A DNA stretch of 63,905 nucleotides, the filler included, from Folioceros fuciformis (taxonomy: Eukaryota), in NCBI GenBank assembly GCA_049999805.1. It is 5 parts of 5 records of this genome, joined end to end, with 100 filler letters (N's around TTAATTAATTAA, not from the genome) between each part and the next. Parts side by side here need not be neighbours in the genome. Positions count along the whole stretch, not along the records: positions 1 to 17,472 come from JBNGIO010006129.1; 4 more parts are not named here. One strand, written 5' to 3'. The first letter of the stretch is position 1. Each line of letters begins with the position of its first letter. The notes beneath the pieces were generated by a model, which was not told where the DNA came from, ran no database searches, and saw only the letters and a program-made list of their open reading frames with translations. This document shows, in pieces, positions 1-13,088 of the stretch. The translations under genes and the position numbers were made by a program.

Positions 1-998
1 CCCCTCCGTCCTCGTCTCCTTCACCCTGCCCGTCCCCGAGGGCAAGGCAACCTCGCACACCGCGGCATGAACGCGACCGCGTCCCTGCAGCCTTCCAATT
101 CAGCCATTCCAGGCATTCCACGCAAATTCCCCTTCACGATCCCCCGACGCCCACCACAAAGCGCAGCAACTCACGCCAGCCTGACGCTGATAGCCTAACT
201 GTAGAGCTCGGACACCTTGTACATACTTTCGCGCACAGACCCCATATAATGCCCTCGCATGTCTGCGAAGTCACAAATTCTTCACGGCATACGAGTAATA
301 AGTCTGCATGATGCTTTTTCCTGCACAAAGTCTAAGTCAATTACTGTGGAGGACAGTCGCAATCGCGTTTCACCGGCTGAATACAGCACATAGTGGTCAT
401 CCATCATGCATGGCTTCCCCGCCCCTTCCTTCCAGTTCCATTCCATTCCAAGTTGACACGCGTATGTTGCCGCCCCGGTGTCCTTCCTTGGGTACAGTAG
501 CGGCTCTCATGTCGCTTTCACATCGAAGAAACAAGCTTCCTCTTCACTGCGCAGTGCACTTTAATGAGCTGCATCGGAAACCTAGAATAGAAATACTGCG
601 CGGTTTTTTGGATCACGGCGCCGTTCGTAATGAACGGCGTAGTGCTTGGGGGAGGAGCTTTCATAATGAGGGTCCGAAAAGTAGTTCCGGCGAGCTAAAT
701 AATAAGCTTAATTTATAATCTCATTCTGAGATCATAAGAGATAGTCTAGAGTCTAGACCTAGACTTACATAGGAAGCGGTGTGTGGTATCTCTTTCCACT
801 CTTAGTACTCTTATGTTAGTGTTTTCATTTCTTGGTTATCATGTCCCATGTCCTTTGTGGAGAAGAGTCTTGCTGGTTTTTGTCATGTGTTATGTTAGAG
901 TTGTTCATGTGCTATGTTAGAGTTGTTATGTTAGAGTCGTAGAGATGCTCAGCACCATTTTGCTCATAGGATGTCATACCCTAATTTCATGACCTTGG

Positions 999-1841
999 TT
1001 GATCTTTTCAAGCCTTATATTGTGCATGCTAGAACCAGTGGAGTTACATCATGCTGGTGACATGGTGTTGCATCAACTTGCTAAAGGGCTTCCACCACAT
1101 ATTGTTGTACACATGTATGGAGTTGGGGCATCCACTGTGGTTCAATACACTTTGTTGGTTACTAAAGTTTTAAGCAAGTTGTTCCCAAGATTTATTTCTT
1201 GGCCCTGTACAACTCGGCAAAATATATATATGCAAAGTGTTTGGTTCTCACAGGATTACCAAATATGGTTGGAACATTAGATGGATCTCATATAAAGTTG
1301 GCTAGACAAACAAATACACAAGAGAACCCAGTGGCCTATTGGTGTCGCCATGACATTCACTCTATTGTTTTGCAAGGAATATGTGATTCTAACCAATTAT
1401 TCCTTGATGTTTCTTGTACTCATCCAGGTCGTGTCCATGATACTACAATTTTACGAGAAAGTAGTGTATGGTAGAAAATGACACAAGGACAAATATTAAC
1501 ATCACTTTCTATATAAATTTGTGGAACAATGCTTACACTATTTATCATGGGTGATTCTGCATATCCTTTGATGCCTTTTCTTTTGAAAGCTTTTCATGTA
1601 TTTCTTTTGAAAGCTTTTCATGTAGTAGGAAATGATAGAGAAAAGGCTATATTTAATAAGAGCATGCAGCATGGGCGGGTAAAGATAGAAAATGCTTTTG
1701 CACTCTTGAAGAATCGGTGGCGCATATTGAAAAACCTGAATATAAAGTTGAAATATGCCTCTCAAGTTGTGATTACTTGTTGTGTGTTAGATAATTATTG
1801 TATCATGACTAGCGAAGCACATCCTCAGGACGTTGATGTGG
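999..1841 (+). mobile_element. PIF/Harbinger transposase (HARBI1/DDE_Tnp_4-like), disrupted
   Basis: Broken ORFs carry Harbinger DDE motifs: GLPNMVGTLDGSHI, HSIVLQGICD, HPGRVHD, IMGDSAYPL, RVKIENAFALLKNRWRIL. Frameshifts and stops are present, plus an in-frame 24-bp duplication (FLLKAFHV twice). Confidence 0.85.
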
Positions 1842-3104
1842 NNNNNNNNNNNNNNNNNNNNNNNNNNNNNNNNNNNNNNNNNNNNNNNNNNNNNNNNNNN
1901 NNNNNNNNNNNNNNNNNNNNNNNNNNNNNNNNNNNNNNNNNGTTGATGTGGACTCATATCCTTTACATGATGGCCAGGAAATAAATATGTGGGAGGATAT
2001 GTCAAATAAACATTTATATAACGAAGCGAAAAAGAGAAGACAAGCGCTGTCCAATGCTTGGAGAATTTATGCACAAGGTCCCTCGGTAGCTGAAACATAG
2101 AGTATGGAACGGTGGAAAGCGTCAAAGAGAAAACGTTAAATGTGAAGATGTCATTCACCTTCAGTGAATACATTTGCAAATAGAAAGTTGCCTTCAAAAA
2201 GCCAATAATATTTCTAAATAAAAACGACTTCTACTCATTTGGGACATTGAGCTTACTTTTCTTTAATAACCGCCCTGCCAAGACTTTTGCCATCTTAAGT
2301 TGATTCGCAAGAAACGGCTTTTGCATCTGTAAGGAATTGGCCATCTTGGCTGACTCAATCTAAGCGAGGCATTCAGCAAAAGGTGCCAAGTCAGACATGA
2401 GATCCTTGCCTAAACCGCCTCATGACCTACGTCGCTTTATTTTTGTGGATTGCACTCCATATGGAGTGTGTCTCTTATTATTTATTTCGGAAGGTGAATG
2501 GTTGTTATCACATGGGGTTTCAGGAACATGTGAAACCCCGCCTTGACTGCAAAATTGCCAACCACGTAACCTTTAGAATCAGACCAGAATGAAATAGCAA
2601 ACACATACAAGTAAGGACTAGTAGATATTTACTTGGCTGGATTAGCATGCATGCAAGAACTAGATTATTACCAAAGAAAATTAACAGGCACATAAGAGAC
2701 TAGACCAAAAGGCACACCATACTAGATTAGCAAGCACATATACGGGAGTAGACTAGAAAATTCAATAGGACAAAGCACCACTATTTTCTAGCTTGGTAAA
2801 GTCTCTTCATCACTCACAAATTTGGCCTAGGCACCTTGAGTTGGCTCTTGTAGGCAGAGGTGGACGCATCGCAATGTCATCAACATCTGTCTCCTCAACT
2901 TCAGTAGTGAGAGCACTAGGTTTTGTGGCACCCTCCACTTTTGGAGCAGTTTGCAAAGGACAAGGTGGAAATGGATTTACGTGGGTCTATGCCATTGGGG
3001 ATTCCTACACACTTGGGGTTGTTGTCACAAAGTGTTGTCATAGCAGCAAAGTGTGGCAAAGAGGAATTGGTTTGGCCAGAGCTTGCCTTCATGTCTTTCT
3101 CCTT

Positions 3105-3521
3105 TCAGAAGCGCTTCTTCAAGTTTTCTAACTTCTGTTTGCATTTCCTAGCTGTTAGGTTGTCCATGTTGCAAGTGCTGCTGATTTCTTGGGCAATTCG
3201 TGTCCAGTGCTTCATCCCCAAATTCTCGTGCTTGGGGTGCACAATCTGCAAGTAAGCTTTAATGAGTGTTGTTGTGGCCTCTTCACTCCATGAAATGGAT
3301 TCCAGTCGTTTGCTTGCAGCTTTGAGGAACTCTTTTGTACTTCTAGGCATAACATCGTTGTCTGATTCCCCCTTGTTCTCCATGCTGTGCCATAGAATTT
3401 CTTCCCCACTAGTACTGGTGTAAACAGCAATGGCCTCCTCCATGCTGATGATCCAAGAGCGCAGCACGCATTGCACCTGCAATGTTCCGAGAGTGCAACA
3501 TGCGTTGCGGATACGACTCAT
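3105..3521 (-). mobile_element. Myb/SANT-like (trihelix) DNA-binding ORF, probable Harbinger ORF2, degenerate
   Basis: WSEEATTTLIKAY...KHWTRIAQEI...TARKCKQKLENLKKRF is a trihelix Myb/SANT pattern. It lies convergent to the Harbinger transposase, the usual two-ORF layout. Confidence 0.7.
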
Positions 3522-4865
3522 TTCGGTAATTAGTGTTTTCAGTAATGCAGTTTAAGATCCCAGCATATGTAACGGAACCAGGGCTTGCACCCGACATGCA
3601 TCCTGCTTAATGTGAGGCTATTTACGGGCACACGACACTACGGAAGGCGCAATGAGAAACTTGAGTTGCATAGAGAAAAAAAGCTTAAAATAAGGTATGA
3701 GCGTTCTTTCCAGAAGTCANNNNNNNNNNAAAAAAAGCTTAAAATAAGGTATGAGCGTTCTTTCCAGAAGTCACTGCGAACAACGCAGTGACTTTTGTCG
3801 GCTTCTATGTGAAAGCCTCATCAAATGTCTCCCCAATTTGACAGTATTCGGACCCGTAGAGGCGTCCAAGTTCACAAAAGTTGCAAGCTGACACCGACAG
3901 TTGTAAAGGTTTGAACGTTGAGGATATCCCGAATCCCATCCAACGGAACTCAAATATCCCTAACTTACATATGTGAGCCCCATCCCTCTTTGAGGGTGAC
4001 CTGATCACTTTGTCGCCAAATTTGAAATGGCTACTCATGTTATCTTCACTCCACCATCGCCTTCTTCTCCTTGCCACGATAAGTCTTTCACACCTAAAGG
4101 CATGGTGCGAGTTCTTACCATCATTCCAGTGGGTGGTATCACCTTTGCTATGACATGTGATGCTACAGGTCCTTTAAGTTCTAGTAGATTTCAAAAGCTC
4201 ATAGGACAACACTAGGTCTCATCTATGATTGCTTGGAGGGTCAAACTCACATGAGCAACCTCTTGTGGAAACAGAGAGAATGATTCTCATGAAAAGAACA
4301 TCCATCCTTATGGCTGATGCCCACATATAGGAAAGTATAAACTGCTATTTGGTTTGGGCAGTTTAACTGTTCGTAACTACACTAACTGCAATATTTACTA
4401 TTTATTATTATGTGTGCTTAACCAGGGTAAACCGAAACCTGCCCTAAAAACATTGTGCATCAGTCCGCGGTGTATGTCGGCGGTACCCCAACGCGGGGTG
4501 GGCCAACACAACCAAGGAGAGTCAAATTCACAGGAGCCAACACAACCANNNNNNNNNNTTCACAGGAGCCAACACAACCAAGGAGAGTCAAATTCACAGG
4601 AGCCAGAGTTAGCAATGGGCTATATATTTGAAGGCATACATGTGGTGAATGTGCCTAAGAGAACAAGACAAGAATGATTAGGGCAATCCATTGATGTCAA
4701 CATGTTCACATGGTTGTGTAAGAGAACAAGACAAGAATGATTAGGGCAATCCATTGATGTCAACATGTTCACATGGTTGTGTAATACTCGTGTAGCTTAT
4801 TAGTGAAGCAAGTATGGAAAGGGCAAGGCACTCACCAATCCGAGTTGGGTCAAAAAATCTAACTT

Positions 4866-5416
4866 GCCCTACTACTATATGCTGAAAAATCAAACTTACA
4901 TTAACTCTTGAACAACACATAATCATCAATCAAATTGCATAATTCTTAAACATAATACATAATTGTCAATCAAATTGCATCACTTGTTAATGAAGATTAG
5001 GTTGATGCTTTTGGTCTAGCATTGCAAGCTAGGGCAACTAGAACAAAGGGAGAAAAGCCAATTGAAGCACGAGTAAAGCATGAAGATCAACCAAAGTTGA
5101 GGAAGTGGGATGTAAGCAAAGAACTGACTGACAAGTAGCGACAACAAATGCTAGCATTCTAAGAATGCCGAAAATGTGGTCGTATTGGTGAAGAACAAGC
5201 CAGGCTTGTGGGCAATCGTTGGTGGTCTTGCAAGCAAGAACACCATCTATTTTATCTACAACAAGCTTAGGAGGAAGATTGGTTTTGTCCAAATCGAGTG
5301 AAGTTAGCCAAGACCTAAAACATCAACCTACTCTTCATGTGATGCAATTTGATTTGATTGATGATTATGTATTGAGTTTAAGCGTTATTTGAATTTTTAG
5401 CATGTTGTAGTAGGGC
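4866..5416. repeat. Foldback/MITE-like element with long imperfect inverted repeats
   Basis: 4866-5020 (gccctactactatatgctgaaaaatcaaa...cataatcatcaatcaaattgcat...taggttgatg) matches the reverse complement of about 5308-5416. Confidence 0.6.
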
Positions 5417-5471
5417 TACAACATATGCTGGCAGAGTACTAGCCAGCAAGGCAATAGAGCTATATAATAAA

Positions 5472-5670
5472 GCTATAGCACCATCATGCAAGCAATGATT
5501 AAGGTGTGCGTCATGCAGGCAATGATTAAGGTGTGCGAATATGTGTCTATTGACCAGTTGGGCAATTGAGCTACAACACCATCATGTACGAAATGATTAA
5601 GCTGTGTGAGTATGTGTTTATTGACCAGTTGGGCAATGAGCTACAACACCATCATGTGATTAATGTGTAT
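5472..5670. repeat. Degenerate short tandem repeat (about 70-bp unit)
   Basis: Recurring gctacaacaccatcatg / aatgattaaggtgtgcg / tattgaccagttgggcaat blocks. Confidence 0.6.
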
Positions 5671-6676
5671 GTGTTGATATGAATAATTATTAACTAATAA
5701 ACCATGGGTACAATGGTTAGTGACACCACACCACATGTTGAAACTCCTCTTGAGTACATGTTGAATCTCCACTCGGGAAACTCTCTAGATACTCCTGTTA
5801 AAGCTTTGCTCATGTTGATCATGTTAAGAATCATGGAATTCATGTTAATGTGCGATTTAGCTTTCCCATTCAACTGCCTTAAGTCAATGGTTATCTTTGT
5901 TTGAAGGTCAAATATTTCGTTGTTAATTCTATTTTATTGGTTAATTCCATGTTAGCTCCCATTAGTTCCATATTGAGATTAACCCATTGTTCAATCAAGT
6001 TCTTGCGCTTGACACGCGTAATTCCAACCTTGATCATCTGAACATCTAATTAAGACTAGTTTAGAATCTTACTATTAAGTTCTTGTAGTTGATACTCGTA
6101 ATTGTGACCTTGATTACCTTAAAATTTAATTTAAGGTAATATATTTATATCATATATTAGAATAAGAATAAAAATCTCATAATTTTTTACTATAAAAATA
6201 ATATATTAGAATTTAATAAATATATGTTGCCCAGCTTGACATGATTCATAAGGTAATTTCTTTTAAAAGGCTAGCAAAGAAAGAAAGTTCGTAGCTTTGC
6301 CTTTATTTAAAAGGAACTCACTCCTTTGTTTTTTATAACGTTCTATCCCTCATCATAAGGTCAACTCCAGAATTTTGGGACGCATCTCTGTACGACATGC
6401 GGTACCTACATGATATGTGTATGTACATGGTTACACTACAGGAAAGCTGTGTCTAGTCGAGACCACACCAGCTTGGAGCCTTCTTGCCTGCGCAGGTGAC
6501 TCCTCTCGACATCTGCGGTGCGCCGCCAGGCTTGGTGTGAACGAATCGCAAAAGTGAGAGTTGTCGGTGGGATTGGGTGGGTCTCACTTGGACAATGTGA
6601 TAGCTTCTGAGAAGACGCCGGTCGCAGCCTGGACAGACCGTTTGTGTTTCTTCAAGGTAAGGCATTCTCAGGAACG

Positions 6677-9600
6677 ATGATCAAAGTGGTATGTCCAGCG
6701 GGAGATCTCCGTATCCGAAGAAATGTAAGAGTCGTGAGCCAGACTCGAAGCAGCAGCCGACTCCTGGTACCGATCGTGATGCTCTTTCTTCTCGTCCTGA
6801 CCCGAGCCGCACCACACGGGGATGCCGATGACGACGACGATCTGGAAGACCTGGACGATCTGGAGGCGGAGTTGGCGGCAGCGGGGGATATTGGTGTCAT
6901 GGGCAGAGCACAGAGACTGCTGGTGGGTCTGAATGACCAGAACACAGAGCGGGTTATCGGCGCTCACGAGTATGTGCTGCTGCTGGGTTATGCTCCCTGG
7001 TGCACCCGCAGCTCAGCACTGATGCCGGAATTTGCTGCGGCGGCCACGATTCTGGCGGACGGTGGCAGCTCTGTTCTGGTGGCTAAGGTTGATGCTATCG
7101 CCAATCCAACGGCTGCGGTGCGCTACGGGATTAAGGGCTATCCCACCATCTTGTTCTTCACAAATGGGACAGCTCAACGTCACAGTGGCGGTCAGACAAG
7201 GTGGTCATTATGAGTCTCTGGATTTTGGCGTGCAGGGATCAAGCTTATTTTTTGTTCGCTGGTGACGCTTACAACGAGCCAGTTGAAATGAGTTTGCTTA
7301 ATAGGAGCATTGCCTTCTGACAGATTGTTTGTGCGTTGGTCCAGGGATGAGTTTGTAAATTGGGTTCGAAAGAGGACTGGATTTCCTGCGACTGTTGTCT
7401 CAACTGCTGCTGAAGCTGAAGGTATTCTGAATAGAAATGTCACGTTTATCGTTGGCTACTTCGAAAAATTTGAGGTAAATTACCTTCCGACCGACATGGC
7501 TGCTAGGGGTCACATGTTGGTGTCCCTGGTTGCCTTCGTCTTACGATCAAAGCCTCCAATCTCTTGCTTGTGAAGGGTCCTGAGTACGAAGAGTTCATAT
7601 CAGTGGGTAAGGAAGAAGAGGGTACTGAGTTCTTGCAAATTGACAATGATGAAGTGGTGAAACTTTTCAAGTCTATATCCTCGGATGGCAGGCCTGCCAT
7701 TGGTATACAGAAGAACGAGCCGGAGTTCCTTGTTTCATTTGGTAAGGCTTAAAGCTTGATCCGTTAGAACTGAATGAGACCACTTAACTGGGTTGCACTT
7801 ACGGATGAGTGCTTGGCAGGTGGCAAATTTAGCAGGGAAGAAATCTCAGATTTCGTGGAGGTGAATAAGCATCCATTGGTGACAAGGCTTACGATGGAGA
7901 AGATGATGAAAGTTTACTCCAGCAAAGTACAACATCAGGTGTCAACGCACGCATGTCCTTCATCTTCCACCAAGCAGGGCATGAATGCTGTCTTTGTTTC
8001 TTTCGTTGAGCTGTTTTCCAAACTTAAAGCTCCATCCAACTCCAGGTCCTGTTGTTCGCTTCTCCTGAAGATCGTCAGCAACTGTCTCCAGTTTTGTTGG
8101 ATACGGCTGTACTCTTCAAAGGGAAGGTTGGAACACAGCTTCTCTCTCATGGTATCGGTGGTTCTACTGTATAGATTTGACTAACTCAACACGAGTAACT
8201 GTCCCCTGCCGAATTGTGTAGATCATGTTCATATGGGTGGATCTTGACGATGAGGACCTTTCCCGACCTATGCTCGCTGTCTACGGCCTTAGTCATGAAA
8301 AGCCATCAGTAATCAATTCAGATCACCTTTCTCATGGCCATTCTCATGCCTTGACGTATCTGCCCACTGCCCATCTTGTTGACTGTTTGCAGCTACTGTT
8401 TGTAGGTCACTGCATTTCACAATGGGCTGGGCTTGAAACATTTTCTAGACGCCGACGCGACTAGCGACAACCTTCAGGTGCGCTGTCAGCCACTATCCCG
8501 TCATTATCACGCTGAACAAGGAGGGGCAGTTTGTCTTACCATGGGGCTTCTAACCCTGGCAGAAATTTTGTTCCGAATTTCTGGCCGGGAATCTTCCACT
8601 CCACTTCAAATCTCAACCAGTTCCGGAAGAGGTACAAGAGCCCGCTGAAACATGGCCCTTACATGTACGAGCTACCAAGTTTAGTGTGCTGTAACCTCTC
8701 TTCGTCATTTCAGGATGACGGCCATGTCAAGGTTGTTGTTGGCAAAACGCTTAGCCAGTACCTGGAGAATGAGTCGAAGGATCTATTTCTGCAGGTAGTT
8801 GCTGTTTTCAAATGGATAGCACATGTCTTCGTTGTTCTACTGTGGCACTGAGATATTCTTGCACCTTGGGCTTGGAACAGGTAAACACTCCTTGGTGTGT
8901 CACATGTGAGAAGGTGAACAAGGCATTTCAAAAGGTCGCTGGTCATCTGAAGGACGTGCCGTCCATCGTGTTCGGTACCATAGATGCTTCCGCCAACGAG
9001 CATCCAAGTCTTGAGGTACGACGTCCGCGCTGAGCAGTTGCGTCTAAAGCGTCTGTTAGACTGGGAAGTTAGTGAATTAGGATTTGTTCGATTTTACCCA
9101 TCGTTGTTGGACGAGTACAGGTGAACACGTTCCCCACTCTGCTTTTCTATCCAGCTGGTTCCGACAGAAGCTCTCCGGTGAGATTCTCTCCATGGCATCC
9201 CGTGTGAAGCCTGCGAATTCCCTCTCTAACAGTTAATGCTTATGAGCGTCGCGCAAAAGCATCTCATAGCACTCCTAAGGGCAATCTCTGTTACTACAGG
9301 TCATTGCTTTACGTTACTCGGCCAAGGACATCCTGCAGTTGGTGAGGGAGCAAGCTGCAATCCCGTTCTCTGCGCCAGATCTCCCTAAGCCTGAGAAGAG
9401 AAAGAGCAAGCGTGAGGACGACACCGACAACAGGGCCCCTGTCGAGGCAGGAAAGCCTAAGGAGGCATCACATGACAGCGTCCACGGAGAAACGGATGCG
9501 GAGCAGCACTGGGAGTTGTTGGAACAAGATGCCGTCCATAGTTATGAGGATACCGACGTGGTGAAGGCAAGAGAGCGTCTGGATGAGGATATCGCGTTCC

Positions 9601-9794
9601 CGGAGCTGGAGACTTCGGGCTCAGGTCAACATGCAGATGATTCCCGTCCCTTCCCTGAGGAAACTTCGGGAGGGACAGTGGCGGAGAGCTCGGATCACAT
9701 TTATGCTCCAAGCGAGGTCGGCCATGGAGACGAAAGTCACACTCCACGTGTCCAAGTCTTTGGCAGGAATGATCCAGTGAAGGACGAGCTCTGA
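6677..9794 (+). CDS. Protein disulfide isomerase-like protein, PDIL1-5/1-6 type (about 12 exons)
   Basis: Hydrophobic signal segment, acidic N-terminal tract, thioredoxin a domain YAPWCTRS, b/b' exons, a' domain TPWCVTC and C-terminal KDEL-stop at 9794. GT-AG introns restore the frame. Start could be ATG 6677 or 6779. Confidence 0.92.
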
Positions 9795-11044
9795 GTTGGT
9801 CCCGCTGTGGTCTTGGTGCCGTTGCTGTTCTGGTCTGTCGAGACGTGCCTGCTGTCGCCGTCCGCTTCCAGAAACATCTGTTCCACGCGGACGGCGTCGG
9901 GGAACAATGACCGCCGGGTCGGTCGCTTTTTGTCTCCGTTTGTGGGACCGAGTATTGTTAGACGAACAAGTATTTATAGTCTACAGTTACATGCTTCCAA
10001 CCATCGTTTTTTAAATATTTTCTACACCTTTTTTTGGGACATTCCCCTCAGACACGGAGTGTGGAGTTATTCCCAAGGGTTGAAAGTGTGTATGTGTATG
10101 AGACATACGTGCAATATCAAACCACGTACAAATGTGAGATTACGTATAATGATCGGCACCAGGCTACGGGGGCACGACCTCGCAAAGTTGAGCACCAGGA
10201 GGGGCATATCATGGGTTGCGGGCCGTGGCTGAAAGGAGGTCCACTATGTCCTCGGGAGAGATTGGTGCTTCACCAGTGCAGGGCGTGAACAACTGACCTT
10301 TCGTCATGTATAGTGCAATTTCATGGCTCCCGTGAGGATGTTGAGAGGGCGCCCTCTGGTAGACAGTTTCGTACGGGGCCCTCCAAACGACAGTCACATG
10401 AATGCTCCAATGACCACACATTTCCCCGAGCAGCCAACATTACATACAGAAAACAGCACAAGTCGTACAGGACACGCTGTTCGTGAGCTAGGTTACAGCT
10501 TATCTTTCACAGCTCATGCCTTCACTTCACATAGACGGGAGGCTTCCGTTTCATACATGTTCAACGAAGTTTGCTCGGACTCTCCCGCCTTCCTTCTTTA
10601 ACAAGCCAGACACAATTGGAGTCCAGCAAGTACCGGATCAGCAACGCAGGCTTCAATATACCATGAGAGCTGCTGGGCTCTTGTCACACCCTGAATCATT
10701 TTCTTGGCCAGGGGACTGACGGATCATCGCTGCCGGACGTAGGTTTGGGCCATCCCGCAGACCAAAAGGGATAGATAGATCAAGTCTCACCAAAACACCC
10801 TCATTTCGTACCAGCTTTCCAGAAATCCTTGCACACCGCAACGGAGGGTGTAAGGGCTACACTGGGTCTGCTTCAGCCCGCCAGCCAGCACCCAAAACTG
10901 TGCTGAGATGAAGCCGCAGTTCCGCACTCCCGCATGAAAGAATAACCTGTACAAAAAAATGGTTGAACGCCAAACTCCAGATGGCCTCGAGAGCAAAGAA
11001 TGATGGATGTCCACACTCGCCAAATCACACACCCGGGGCATGTA

Positions 11045-11959
11045 TCAGGATTTCACTCCATCTGCTCCCGAAGAAGTGACAGACGCTGTTTCCGAACCGT
11101 CTGACCCGAAGTATTCCCGCCATACCGCATGGTCTCCGAACCCTCCGTCCTTAGGCGACATAGGTTCCGGCTCCCTGTAGGAAGATGACATGGTTATGGT
11201 GAACGGCATTCTCCTCAAAGAATCCTCCTGCTCATACACAGCGGAGCGCCTCCTCTTCCTTGAAAACTTCTCCTTCAAACACTGGTATCCCTTATAGACG
11301 ATGATGGAGGGCAACTTCACCAAGCCGAGAACCAGGAGATGCAGCAGCGAGAGCGGGCAGCAGCAGACGGCCGTACAGTCCGCGGCCAGCCCGGCTGCGC
11401 ACTTGCACATCCTGCCTGTGCACTTGGGGGTAATCTCAGACTTCTGGCAATCGTCATGCCATCCCGCTCCGAACCGAGCTTCCCGCCAGTCCCCTCTCTT
11501 CCCCCCGCACACACAAGTGGTGCGTGATCCCTGTTCCGTCCTCGCCTGCAGGTTGCCCGCAGACACGTTCCGCATGCTTGCCCCTTCCCGGCCATACACA
11601 GCCCCGGAATAGGAAGCAAATCCGGACGCAGAACGCGGATCCAGGCTCTTCAGCGCGTCCCTTCCACTCCGCAGCCCCGAGCCGGACACTGTCACCAAAT
11701 TCCTCACCGCAGGCGACGCGTCGTCATCCACTGCCGCCTGCTCCTCGCTGGCCATCGCCAGGTCCTCATTCAGATACGAGTCCAGACGATCAAACAGGGG
11801 GGACTCCAGCACAGAATCGGGCGAATATTGGGCGCCCGCATGAGCGCCAGATACATCCTCAAAGGCGGTCCCATATGCATGCGTGCGCCGCTTCCTCCGA
11901 TGCAGGAGAGGTACGTCCAGTCTGGGCGCCGTGGTTGTCTCGCCAACGATCCCTTCCAA
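11045..11959 (-). CDS. Conserved plant hypothetical protein with a CCCP plus hydrophobic membrane motif
   Basis: Single-exon ORF with AADCTAVCCCPLSLLHLLVLGLVKLP followed by a basic tract and a terminal W-x-x-x-F-G, typical of a plant family of unknown function. The ORF opens at TTG 11959 and the first ATG is at 11755. Confidence 0.7.
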   Translation of the reverse strand: MEGIVGETTTAPRLDVPLLHRRKRRTHAYGTAFEDVSGAHAGAQYSPDSVLESPLFDRLDSYLNEDLAMASEEQAAVDDDASPAVRNLVTVSGSGLRSGRDALKSLDPRSASGFASYSGAVYGREGASMRNVSAGNLQARTEQGSRTTCVCGGKRGDWREARFGAGWHDDCQKSEITPKCTGRMCKCAAGLAADCTAVCCCPLSLLHLLVLGLVKLPSIIVYKGYQCLKEKFSRKRRRSAVYEQEDSLRRMPFTITMSSSYREPEPMSPKDGGFGDHAVWREYFGSDGSETASVTSSGADGVKS

Positions 11960-13088
11960 TCACACTTCCAAATTCGCACAACAAACCACAACCACAACAA
12001 CACACGGTCCAACACAACACAGCCTTCAATTCCCTTTCCCTTTCCCTTTCCCCTCCTCCTTCCCTTCCCTTCCCCTCCCCTCCTTCCCTTCTCCTCTGCC
12101 GCAACAACAAGCTTCGCAAACACCAGCAACAAATAATCCCTTGCCCTTCCCGTGCCCCCAACCTCCAACGGGAAAAGCCGGCTCAGAGAGCCTTTCCCAA
12201 CACGGCAAGATGATTCAGCGAATGTGCGCAAAGGTGGGACGCGGGAAGCAAATAGCGATGAGCGTGAAGAAGAGGCGATGGAGGGCGGGCGACAACGAAG
12301 AATGGCACGGGGCGGAGTCGAGATTTCCAGAGGGGAATGTCTTTAAACATGACCGTTACTGGAGAAAGAAGGCCGACCGGAGAAATCTCGGACCCGGTGG
12401 AGCAGACCCAGCTGGCCACGCGGCCTCGCTGTACCGGCCAGCTGCTTGCAGAGTACAGATTGGCGCGGCGCGGGGATTGCATGCCTCAAACAGAGCCGGT
12501 AACTGCCCTCCTTTCTCGCCTTATTTTCCATATAGTATCTTTCAAATAAAAAACATTTCATTCACTACTGTACCTTGAGTGTCGGATTGATCCCACAGGG
12601 CGGGCTCGGGCTATGCCGGAATAATAAATTTAATATGCAACTCGTATCTCAGTAGGTATATTTAAGTACAACTAAGTACATATAAATCTCCTCTAAGTAA
12701 CAACTAACCTAATCTAATCTAATTTTGCACACAAACACAAACCTAATCTCCCTTTCCCTTTCCCTGTCCCACATGGAATGAGAATAAGTTTTCATAGAAT
12801 TGTTTGTTTGTTTATTCTGAAATAGAAAGGTACATCTCGGCATCTCAATTAGTGTAGTTCCAAGTAGGGGGCGGTCAATATGGTGTAGTGCTTCCGTTTG
12901 AGGTTTCCTGTATTGGAGTGAGTCCGTTCAAACCGCCAAGTTTGAGAATTCTTTTGATATAAGAGGAAGGGAAGTACTGTACAAATAACCTTGGGAGAGC
13001 AGGATCTGTGTTCTCCACGGTACTCGTTTTGGGCTTGGACCGCCGTGTCCCGAGGAACCCGGCGGCTGGTTGTCGGAGGGTTTGAGCG

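Noticed and set aside
3676-3773. Direct repeat flanking a 10-N gap (similar cases at about 4500-4610 and 1831-1951)
   Set aside because: Identical sequence on both sides of a gap is typical contig-overlap artefact.
11301-12578. Many overlapping ORFs on both strands
   Set aside because: GC-rich antisense frames and a CT/GA microsatellite, with no recognisable domains.
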